NCBI GenBank assembly: GCA_963851265.1
Contig: CAWKNZ010000002.1
Span: forward strand, 1-64,000
DNA length: 64,000 nucleotides
Source: an uncultured Gemmatimonadales bacterium
GTDB taxonomy: Bacteria > Gemmatimonadota > Gemmatimonadetes > Gemmatimonadales > Gemmatimonadaceae
Direction: 5' to 3'
Made by a program: the position numbers and the translations under genes. Position 1 is the stretch's first letter. Every line of letters begins with the position of its first letter. Shown piece after piece: positions 1-8,311 of the stretch. The notes beneath the pieces are model-generated. The model did not search any database. It worked only from the letters and a program-made list of their open reading frames with translations, and had not been told where the DNA came from.

Positions 1-162
1 AGCATGGGGGGAGCGCTATCGCGCTCCCCCCTCTGTCGTCCAGTCCTGGTCGTGGTACGCGTCGCACGTGTTCCGGGTAGAACGCGGGCCAGCATCCGGC
101 ATCTCGCGCGCGCCACGCCGTCAGCGGTTCCGAGGCGTTCCGTTTCACACTCCGGCCGACCC

Positions 163-774
163 ATGCCCACCGCCCTCTTCGCCCAGGCGCTTGCCCTCGC
201 GACCGCCGCCGGCATCAGCACCTACGGCACGGTCGCCCTCCTCGGCGCCGCGGCCCACTTCGGCTACATCGACGCGCTGCCGGGCAGCCTCGCCCCGATC
301 GGGAACCCGCTGATCTTCGGACTCGCCGCGGCTCTCTACGCGCTCGAGTTCGCGGCCACCCTCATCCCCGGCGTCGCGTCGCTCTGGGAAACCGTTCATG
401 CCGCCATCCGCCCGGTCGCCGGCGCGGCGATCGCCGCGGCAACGGTTTCCCACGCCGACCCCCGCATCGCGCTCGCCGCCGCACTGCTGGGCGGCACGCT
501 CGCACTCGGCACCAACGTCACCAAACTTGGCGCACGCGTCGCCATCGACACGAGCCCGGAGCCGTTCACCAACGGGGCGGCCAACATCGCCGAATTGGGA
601 CTGTTCGGCGCGCTCACAATCGGGGCCACCCAGCATCCCTACATCGCCCTCACGCTCGGCATCGCCGTCGTGTTCGTCACCGGGCTCCTCGTGCGTGCGG
701 CGTACAAGGCGATCCGCGGCGCACTCGGACGTTTACGACCGGGACGCATGGCAAACACCTTGCGCATCAAATGA
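163..774 (+). CDS. DUF4126-family membrane protein
   Basis: Hydrophobic protein, AAGISTYGTV...LEFAATLIPGVASLWETVHAAIRP...IDTSPEPFTN pattern typical of DUF4126; ATG 163. Confidence 0.8.
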   Translation: MPTALFAQALALATAAGISTYGTVALLGAAAHFGYIDALPGSLAPIGNPLIFGLAAALYALEFAATLIPGVASLWETVHAAIRPVAGAAIAAATVSHADPRIALAAALLGGTLALGTNVTKLGARVAIDTSPEPFTNGAANIAELGLFGALTIGATQHPYIALTLGIAVVFVTGLLVRAAYKAIRGALGRLRPGRMANTLRIK

Positions 775-860
775 TCCGCGTCACAAAATGACGACGGCGC
801 GCTGACGCGGATGTCGGCGGGCGCCTCGCCTCGCGCGTGTCCCCCTCCGAAGGTCCCGCC

Positions 861-2540
861 ATGACCGAATCGCTCACGACGTGGACGCCCATCTACGATC
901 GGCGCTCGGCAGAACCGCGCACGACGGACGCGCCGCTCCGGCCGGCAGAGCCGGGCGTCGCGATCGCGGCAGGTTCCATCGGGTTCGCGCCGGTGTTGCG
1001 CTCCACAGAGCCGGTCCCCGCCGAGCTGCATGACTTCGTCACGCGGAAGCTCAGCGCCCTGTTCGTCGACCGGACCACCGGGGTGCCCGCGACGCTCGTC
1101 CCGCTGAGCGCGCTCATGGCCAGCGGAGAGCCGTGGCCGACCGACCTCGCGCTCCTGCTCGTGCGACGCATCGCCACCCTGCTCGACACGGCAGAGCGGA
1201 ACGGCATGATGCTCGGCACCTTCACCGCCGAATGCGTCGCGTTTCACGGCCCACACGTCGCGCTCGCACACCACGACGACCGCGCGGGCCTCGATCCGGC
1301 CTACGTCGCCCCCGAACAGCTACGGCCCGGCACGCTCGTCGACGCGCGCGCGAGCCAGTACGGGTTGGCCCTGGTCGCCGCGACACTCCTCACGCGTGCA
1401 ACCGGCGAGCGACACGGGCGCGACCGGTGGTACGGCCGGCTGCGCGGCGGCGCATACGGCCTTCGCGGCCGCCGGGTCGCCGACGTGCCGGACCCACACC
1501 TCGGGCCGGCCGTGCGAAACGTGCTGCGAACCGCGCGGAACGCCGATCCGGCGCGGCGGTTTCCGACCGCGGGCGAGTTCGTCGCCGCCCTCGAGCACGC
1601 CTGCGTCGAGTGGTGGGCGTCCGAACCGACGACGGCCGGAGCGCCCTCCTGGCGCGCCGTCGCCGACGCGCGAACGACCACCGCCCTGGCCCTGTCCTGC
1701 GGCGCGGCCATCTGGTGGCTCGCGGCGCGGCACCCCGCGGATGCGATCCCGCCCGAACTCCGCGACGACAGCGCGGGCCGGCGCGTGATCGCCGCGCTCT
1801 CGACAGTGGCGCCGTCCGACGCGAACTCGGCATCGACCGACCTCGGGGTGACCGACACCGGCGCGAGCGCGGCGTCCGACCGCGCGCTGCTCGCCGGTGT
1901 GGGACTCGACGCCGAACTGTCGCCCACCACGCTCATGAGCGGCTTCTCGGGGCTGGGCTCCGACCAGGCGTCGTGGGACTCGAGCGCGCCCGGCCCGTCG
2001 CGCCAGGACGCCGCACGGCCGTCGGCTTTTCCCACGAAGTCGGCGCTTTCGCAATCGGCACTCGACGCCCGGCTCGGCGCCCTCGCGCAGTCGCTCGTCC
2101 GCCCCGGCGCCGACGCGGCCACGCGCGCCGACCTGTCGCGTCGACTCACCGATCCCGACGGCTTCGCCACGGGCGAGATCACGCGCACGCTCGCGAGCGA
2201 CCAGGGCGCGGCCGACTCGCCAGCCCCCACCGCCATTCGCGACTCGATCGACCCGTGGGTCGGACCCAAGCCTAAGGCGGTGCCGGGCAGCGACGGTCCA
2301 CGCTACCCGGCCATCCTCGTGAACCACCGCGTGCAGGGCGAGGTGGTCGCGCGGTTTGTGATCGACAGCACAGGCCGCGTCGATCCGCACAGCTTCGAGG
2401 TCGTCCGCTCGACGCACGTGTCGTTCACGAGCGCCCTGCGTGAATCGCTGCCCCGCCTCCGGTACGTGCCGCCGGAGCGCGACGGACACCCCGTCGCCCA
2501 GACCGTCGAGCAGACGTTCCGGTTCGTCCCGCCACGCTGA
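861..2540 (+). CDS. Degenerate Ser/Thr kinase C-lobe + TM + TonB C-terminal domain fusion
   Basis: AYVAPEQ, DARASQYGLA, DPARRFPTAGEF kinase remnants; C-terminal PRYP...GEVVARFVIDSTGRV...TVEQTFRF TonB_C pattern. Confidence 0.65.
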   Translation: MTESLTTWTPIYDRRSAEPRTTDAPLRPAEPGVAIAAGSIGFAPVLRSTEPVPAELHDFVTRKLSALFVDRTTGVPATLVPLSALMASGEPWPTDLALLLVRRIATLLDTAERNGMMLGTFTAECVAFHGPHVALAHHDDRAGLDPAYVAPEQLRPGTLVDARASQYGLALVAATLLTRATGERHGRDRWYGRLRGGAYGLRGRRVADVPDPHLGPAVRNVLRTARNADPARRFPTAGEFVAALEHACVEWWASEPTTAGAPSWRAVADARTTTALALSCGAAIWWLAARHPADAIPPELRDDSAGRRVIAALSTVAPSDANSASTDLGVTDTGASAASDRALLAGVGLDAELSPTTLMSGFSGLGSDQASWDSSAPGPSRQDAARPSAFPTKSALSQSALDARLGALAQSLVRPGADAATRADLSRRLTDPDGFATGEITRTLASDQGAADSPAPTAIRDSIDPWVGPKPKAVPGSDGPRYPAILVNHRVQGEVVARFVIDSTGRVDPHSFEVVRSTHVSFTSALRESLPRLRYVPPERDGHPVAQTVEQTFRFVPPR

Positions 2541-2588
2541 GCAGGCCGCCAGCCGGCGCCGGTTCGGGACGGCGACGCGGGCGTCCGC

Positions 2589-3557
2589 TCAGAACGGCTC
2601 GAACGTCGACAACACCTCGCCATACGGCGTGATCAGCTCCCCCGTGAACCGATCCAGCATTCGCGCCGCGTCGTAGCGGTGCCGGAACTCGCGCGGCCGC
2701 ACACCCAACTGCCGGAACAGGTGGCGGCTGAAGGCCTGCGCGCTCGAGTGCTCCAACTCCGTCGCGACCGCGCTCACCGTCCACTGCGGCGACTCGAAGA
2801 GCCGCGCCGCCCGCACCAGCCGCGCGAGCGCCAGGTAGCGTCGCGGCGCGGGCAACCCGGCCCGGAAGAATCGGCTCACCATCGTCGTCGGCAGCACCCC
2901 GAATTGCGCCGCGTAGCGCTGCACCGTCCGCACTCGCACCGGCACCTCGAACAGGGTCAGCACGAACCGGCGCATCGCCGGCGATGCGTCCGCGAGCGGC
3001 ACCGCCAGCTCCTCGGCGGCCCGGGCAGCCAGCGTGCGTACCCCGGCAGAGGGCCAGAGCGCCTGCACCGCTGCCCACCCCTGCGCCCCGCGCACGTCGA
3101 GCACGGCGCGCGCCCCGATCCGCCCGAGCCCGACGAGCACCGCGGGCGCGACGTCGCCACCGACGAGCACGACGAGGGGGATCGCCGCGAAGGTGCGGCC
3201 GAACGCCGCGATCGCCGGCAGCGCGCGACCACCGGCCGCGGCGAGCACCGCGGCCGACACCACCACGCCGTCCACCGCGCGTTCGCGAAGCGCCGCCCCG
3301 AGCGCGGCCACCGACTCGAGGTGCGTCGGAACGCACGCGCCGCGCATCGCGAGGTCGAACCGTGCCCGCTCGTCGGGCGTCAGCAGGGTGAGCGCCCGCG
3401 GCAGATCGCCGCGCGCCGCCGCGTCGCGGGAGTGCTGCCCCACTGGCGGCGGGACGTGCGTCCGACCGGCGCGTGGTTGGTAGGTGATGCGGGCGCGCGC
3501 GTGGGGGGCGGGCCACCGAGTGGCGTCGGCTGTGGTGGCGAGAGCGGCGGTCGTCAT
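2589..3557 (-). CDS. AraC-type HTH transcriptional regulator with receiver-like N-terminus
   Basis: C-terminal RLVRAARLFESPQWTVSAVATELEHSSAQAFSRHL AraC signature; start uncertain. Confidence 0.75.
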   Translation of the reverse strand: MTTAALATTADATRWPAPHARARITYQPRAGRTHVPPPVGQHSRDAAARGDLPRALTLLTPDERARFDLAMRGACVPTHLESVAALGAALRERAVDGVVVSAAVLAAAGGRALPAIAAFGRTFAAIPLVVLVGGDVAPAVLVGLGRIGARAVLDVRGAQGWAAVQALWPSAGVRTLAARAAEELAVPLADASPAMRRFVLTLFEVPVRVRTVQRYAAQFGVLPTTMVSRFFRAGLPAPRRYLALARLVRAARLFESPQWTVSAVATELEHSSAQAFSRHLFRQLGVRPREFRHRYDAARMLDRFTGELITPYGEVLSTFEPF

Positions 3558-3706
3558 CGGTCGGCGGTGGGGAGTGGGCGAGGGAGATGGGCGGGTGGGG
3601 AATTGCCCGGCCATTCACCATACGCTGCGGGCGTCACACCCCCGTCACCTGCGGTCGAGCTCGCCACGCCGCTCGCGGCCACGCCCGCCCGCCCGCCTGG
3701 CCGCGG

Positions 3707-3712
3707 TATATT
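3707..3712 (+). promoter_or_regulatory. Putative -10 box (TATATT) of rnpB
   Basis: AT-rich hexamer about 6 nt upstream of the P1 helix start. Confidence 0.5.
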
Positions 3713-3717
3713 GCCGT

Positions 3718-4260
3718 CGTGGCGGCCGGTCGGACGGTCGCGAGACGGGCGGCCGCCAGATCACCGGCGCGCCGCGTCCGCTCGAGGAAAGTCCGGGCTC
3801 CGCAGGGCAGACCGCCAGGTAACGCCTGGGCGCCTCCGACCACCCGGCAACGGGCGGCCGCGCGGGGGCGACGGACAGTGCAACAGAGAGCAGACCGCCG
3901 ATGGCCGCCGGCAACGGAGGCACAGGCAAGGGTGAAAGGGTGCGCGGCAGCGGGCCGCGGCCGGCACGCGCGTCGCAAGGCGCGCGGCGCCGACGGGTAA
4001 GAGCCCACCGCGCCGCCGGCAACGGCGGCGGCCCGGTAAACCCCGGTCGGAGCAAGGCCAAATAGGCGGCGAGAGACGGCCCGTCTCGCACAGCCCGCGC
4101 GCGCGTGCGTTGTTTGCCCGCCGCCGGAGCAAGCCGCGGGTAGGCTGCTAGAGCGCGCGGGCGACCGCGCCCCGAGAGAAATGACCGTCCGGTGGTCGGA
4201 GTCGCGAGCAATCGCGCCTCGGGCCACCGACAGAACCCGGCTTACAGACCGGTCGCCACG
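3718..4260 (+). ncRNA. rnpB: RNase P RNA, bacterial type A
   Basis: GAGGAAAGTCCGGGCTC, AGTGCAACAGAGAGCAGACCGCC, GGTAAACCCC..GGAGCAAGGCCAAATAGG and ACAGAACCCGGCTTA conserved blocks; P1 CGTGGCGGCCGGTC pairs with GACCGGTCGCCACG. Confidence 0.97.
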
Positions 4261-4277
4261 CTCCACCCCTCCATCTG

Positions 4278-5267
4278 TTGCTCAAATACCGCAGCACGCG
4301 CTACAGGCTCGTCGACCGCGGCAGCGCCGTTGCGGCTGTTGCGCTGGCGGCAGCCTGCGGCGGGGGCACGCCCGCGCCTTCGGTCGCGCCCGTGCCGGCC
4401 GACGTGCCCGCCCCCGCCGCTCCGGCGAGTGCGCCCGTGAGCGGCGCCACGCGTTTCACGTGGGGCGCCGCGGAGCGTCGGATCGAGGTGCACACCGACG
4501 CCCTCGTCACGCGCGACGTCCCGACCGCGACCGGAGCTGCCGCGGCGGCGCCCGACGGCGAGCACGTGGTCAGCACCGCGTACCTGACTGCGGTGTTCGC
4601 GCCCTCGGACGCACCCGGCGCCACCGTGTTGCGGGGCACGGTCGACTCGCTCGTCGTGAGCGCGTCGGACCGCGTGCGCGGCACCGGCTCGGTGTCGACC
4701 GCGTCGCCCGCGGCGAACGCCGCACCAGCCGGCGCCGCGACGAGCACCACCCTGCTCACGGCGTTCGCGTACCGAGGGGCGAGCGACGCGCGCGGTGTGC
4801 GGGTCGAGGCCGCGGACCCGGGCACCGACCTTCGCTGCACCGCCCCCGCGGGCGCTGCGTCGCTCGGCGCGTTGGCCGCCATTCGCGAGGCGCTGCCGCG
4901 GATCCCCGCCGGCCTCGCGCCCGGCGTTCGGTGGCGCGACACGACCGTGAGCGCGAGCTGCGCCGGCCCGGTCATCCTCGTCGCGCAGACCATCGCCCGC
5001 TACGAGAGTGCCGCCGACCCTGCCACCCCCGGCCGGATTCGCGTGACGCGCCAGAGCGCGACCACCGCGCGCGGCCAGGGCACCGCGGGCATCCGTCCGA
5101 TGAGCGTCGTCGCGAGCGGGTCGGCGCGGGCCGTGTACGCGCTCGATCCCGCGCGCGGGCAGCTCGTGGATGGGGGCGGGGAGGGGCGCACCGTCGTCAC
5201 GGTCACGGTGGCGGGGGTGGCGCAGCGGTTCACGCAGCAGACGCGCACGCAGCTCGTCGTGCGCTGA
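4278..5267 (+). CDS. Hypothetical lipoprotein
   Basis: LAAACGG lipobox after a hydrophobic stretch; beta-strand-rich body; TTG start uncertain. Confidence 0.6.
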   Translation: MLKYRSTRYRLVDRGSAVAAVALAAACGGGTPAPSVAPVPADVPAPAAPASAPVSGATRFTWGAAERRIEVHTDALVTRDVPTATGAAAAAPDGEHVVSTAYLTAVFAPSDAPGATVLRGTVDSLVVSASDRVRGTGSVSTASPAANAAPAGAATSTTLLTAFAYRGASDARGVRVEAADPGTDLRCTAPAGAASLGALAAIREALPRIPAGLAPGVRWRDTTVSASCAGPVILVAQTIARYESAADPATPGRIRVTRQSATTARGQGTAGIRPMSVVASGSARAVYALDPARGQLVDGGGEGRTVVTVTVAGVAQRFTQQTRTQLVVR

Positions 5268-5277
5268 CGGCCTGCCC

Positions 5278-6237
5278 CTACGCGATCGTCAACCGCCGCT
5301 GACTGCGCGTGAGCTGGTGCGCCGCGTCGACGATCTCCTCCGCGGACGCCCGGATCGCCCAGGCCGGCCCCATCGCGTCGAGCACGGGGTCCACCAGGCG
5401 CGCTCCCACGTAGTAGCCCGCGCGTTCAGGAAGCACCCAGCGCCCGTCCACCGCGCGGGCGTCCTCGCTCATCCCGCCCGACAGCCAGCGCAGGCGCAGG
5501 CCGAGCGCGGCCACGTCGAGTTCCGACATCGCCGCGCGGGCGAGCTGCGGCTCAAGTTCGCGGACGCGGGCGTACTGGCGGCGGCCGTAGCCGAGGTACT
5601 CCCAGGCGGAGTGGTCCGGGGCGACGCGGCGGGCCACCTCGACCGCGAGGCCCTCGTTGACGAGGTGTTCGCGGAGCGGCGCGCGACGCCCCGTCTCCCA
5701 GTACGAGTAGTAGCCGTCGGCGCCGTGCACGAGTTCGCGCAGCACCGAGCGGCTCGTGGGTGACGTGTAGCGGACCGCGTGCGCGGTCTCGTGCGCCACC
5801 CAGAGCGGGATCAGCTCGGGGTCGAGGCCGAGCCCCTGCGTGCTGGGGTTGGCCACGGCGGTGAAGTGTTCGACGCAGACGAAGGCGACGCCGCGGCCGT
5901 CGACGACGAGTTCGCCCGCGTTGGCCGCGCCCACGCCGACCATGACGACGACGTCGGTGTCGATGTCGGCGTCGAGCAGGGCGGCGGCGCGCCCGTGGGC
6001 GTCGGCGGCGACGGCGGCGACGTCGACGCTCGCGAGCAGGGCGTGCAGGTCGTCGCGATCGGCTTGCACGACGGCGCGGGCGACCTCGTCGAAGAACGGC
6101 CCGTCGGGGTCGACGACGTAGTTGTCCCAGTACGCGGCGAGGATCGCGCGGTGCGCCTCGAAGTAGCGGCGGTAGGCCGCGAGGCGGTCCTCACTCGCGA
6201 GGACGCCCAGGAAGTCGGGCAGCAGGTTGATCAGCAA
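5278..6237 (-). CDS. Putative Zn-dependent peptidase (DUF2268-like)
   Basis: HETAH zinc motif followed by LVNEGLA and GYYVG; TTG start at 6237. Confidence 0.7.
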   Translation of the reverse strand: MLINLLPDFLGVLASEDRLAAYRRYFEAHRAILAAYWDNYVVDPDGPFFDEVARAVVQADRDDLHALLASVDVAAVAADAHGRAAALLDADIDTDVVVMVGVGAANAGELVVDGRGVAFVCVEHFTAVANPSTQGLGLDPELIPLWVAHETAHAVRYTSPTSRSVLRELVHGADGYYSYWETGRRAPLREHLVNEGLAVEVARRVAPDHSAWEYLGYGRRQYARVRELEPQLARAAMSELDVAALGLRLRWLSGGMSEDARAVDGRWVLPERAGYYVGARLVDPVLDAMGPAWAIRASAEEIVDAAHQLTRSQRRLTIA

Positions 6238-6322
6238 CGGAATCGACGACCCGGGACTACCTGGGAGCGAAGCGGAGGGCGAAGATAGCCGCGGGCCGGT
6301 GCGCCGGACAAGCCGCGCCCGC

Positions 6323-6337
6323 TGGCACAGAAATGGC
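6323..6337 (+). promoter_or_regulatory. Putative sigma54 -24/-12 promoter
   Basis: TGGCACAGAAATGGC = GG-N10-GC upstream of the DUF2225 gene. Confidence 0.45.
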
Positions 6338-6500
6338 CTTGGGTTTCCCCGCCGACACCCGTTCCCCGGTCTCGCAACCGCACGCAACCGTAAGTGAGCG
6401 CCTGACTTAGCGCCCACTCAGCGCCCAGCTTAGTGCCCAAACCGGGCAGTAGCTCATTCACGAGGCGGAACGCGACTTAGCGATTGGCAGGAGCAGGCCG

Positions 6501-7184
6501 ATGACCACGCTGCAACAGATCGAACTTCAGTGTCCCGTGTGCGAGACCCGGTTCCGCTCGCAGGCCGTGGTTTCGACCAACTCGTTCGGTGGCAAGCGCA
6601 CCGATTTTCACGAGCGCGCTGCGGGAACGCAGCCCCTGCCCTACCTGGTGCACATGTGCCAGAACTGCGGCTACACGGGGGCGGAGCGTGATTTCACCGA
6701 CGAGGCGGACGTGACGCCGCTAGTGCGCGAGCACGTCTGGACGGAGCTCGCGCCGCAGGTGGCGCAGGCTACGATCACGTTGGGCTCGCCGTCGCGCTTC
6801 CCGATCGCCGGGTCGGCCAAGTACGAGGCGGCGGCGAAGGTCGCCGAGTGGCAGAACCTGGAGCCGCGCCACGTGGCGGACCTGCTGCTGCGGGCGGCGT
6901 GGTGCTGCGTGGACGAGGGTGACGTCGAGGCGGAGCGCTACTTCCGTCGCAAGGCGGCGTGGGCGTTCGCGAGTGCGCTCGACGGCTTCGACGGCGTGGC
7001 GCGCGAGGAGCGCGCGGTGCTCACCTACCTCGTCGGCGAGCTGTGGCGCCGTGTGGGTGACCGCGCGCAGGCGTGCGAGTGGTTCGACCGCGTGGCCGGC
7101 GAGGTGGTCGACTCGTCCACCCAGCAGTGGGTGATGGACGCCGCGCGCCAGCAGCGCGACTGCCCGCGGGAGTGGTTCGGCTGA
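6501..7184 (+). CDS. DUF2225-family protein (Zn ribbon + TPR-like helices)
   Basis: CPVC...CQNCGY, LRAAW, YLVGELWRRVG; RBS AGGAG. Confidence 0.85.
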   Translation: MTTLQQIELQCPVCETRFRSQAVVSTNSFGGKRTDFHERAAGTQPLPYLVHMCQNCGYTGAERDFTDEADVTPLVREHVWTELAPQVAQATITLGSPSRFPIAGSAKYEAAAKVAEWQNLEPRHVADLLLRAAWCCVDEGDVEAERYFRRKAAWAFASALDGFDGVAREERAVLTYLVGELWRRVGDRAQACEWFDRVAGEVVDSSTQQWVMDAARQQRDCPREWFG

Positions 7185-7191
7185 GTTCGCC

Positions 7192-7893
7192 CTACCGCGT
7201 CCCGAACAGTCGGTCGCCCGCGTCGCCGAGCCCGGGCAGGATGTACCCGAGCTCGTTCAGCTCCCGGTCGAGCGCCGCCGCGTAGATCGTCACGTCGGGG
7301 TGCGCCGCCGCGAGTCGCCGCACGCCTGCGGGCGCGGCGACCAGACAGAGAAATTTGATCCGCGTCGCGCCGGCCCGCTTGAGCGAGGCCACCGCGCTCA
7401 CCGCGCTCCCGCCCGTGGCCAGCATCGGGTCGAGCACGAAGAACTCGCGCTCCGACGCGTCGCCCGGGACCTTGAAGTAGTAGTCGACCGGCTCGAGCGT
7501 GCCGTGGTCGCGGTAGAGCCCGATGTGCCCCACGCGCGCCGACGGCACCAGGCGCAGGATGCCCTCCACCATGCCGAGCCCCGCGCGCAGGATCGGCACG
7601 AGCGTCAACTTCTTGCCGCTCACCGCCTCGCCGGTCATCAACTCCAGTGGCGTCTCGACCGGCACCGGCGCGAGCGGCAGGTCGCGGGTGGCCTCGTAGG
7701 CCATCAGCGTCGCGATCTCGTCGACCAGCTCCTTGAAAATCTTGGTCGGCGTGCGCCGGTCGCGCAGCAGCGAGAGCTTGTGCCGCACCAGCGGATGCCG
7801 GACGAGCACGAGCGACGGCACCGCGGGATCGATCGCGTCCGATCCGGCGGGCGTGGCGTCCAAGGGGACGGTGTCCTCGGGGATGGCGTCCAT
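7192..7893 (-). CDS. upp: Uracil phosphoribosyltransferase
   Basis: [45 protein letters not shown]. Confidence 0.97.
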   Translation of the reverse strand: MDAIPEDTVPLDATPAGSDAIDPAVPSLVLVRHPLVRHKLSLLRDRRTPTKIFKELVDEIATLMAYEATRDLPLAPVPVETPLELMTGEAVSGKKLTLVPILRAGLGMVEGILRLVPSARVGHIGLYRDHGTLEPVDYYFKVPGDASEREFFVLDPMLATGGSAVSAVASLKRAGATRIKFLCLVAAPAGVRRLAAAHPDVTIYAAALDRELNELGYILPGLGDAGDRLFGTR

Positions 7894-8053
7894 GCGCCAA
7901 GCTACCCGATCGACGCCCGTCGCTGGTAGCACGGCGACAGCACCGCAGCATCACCGCAGTCGCAGGAAGGCCGCGCGCTTGCGGCGCCCCACGGGTCACA
8001 GTAAGGTGTTGGCGCGCAACGCTCTACCGATGGCGCGTCCTCCACTCCCTGCC

Positions 8054-8239
8054 ATGAAAGAATATCAGGCGGTCGTCGTCCGTCTGACGCGCCACCTCCG
8101 CGATGACGAGGACGCGCTCACCGACCTGTTCAACGAGCGCAGCCGCGGGGGCTGGATTCCGACGATGATGTCGCAGGACGCCCTGCGCCTCACGGTCGTC
8201 TTCGAACGCGAACTCGGCGCCGACGCGCAGCCGGCCTAA
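8054..8239 (+). CDS. Small hypothetical protein (DUF4177-like)
   Basis: MKEYQAVVV...LFNERSRGGW...VVFERE pattern; normal codon usage. Confidence 0.65.
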   Translation: MKEYQAVVVRLTRHLRDDEDALTDLFNERSRGGWIPTMMSQDALRLTVVFERELGADAQPA

Positions 8240-8311
8240 CGGTTCTCCCCGCGCGCCCACCGTGCGGCGCGGGCGCACCCTGGCCCCGGGCTTGAACCTA
8301 CCGCGCGGCAG

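Noticed and set aside
3622..4266. ORFs overlapping 3.6-4.3 kb
   Set aside because: The region is explained by rnpB and its promoter
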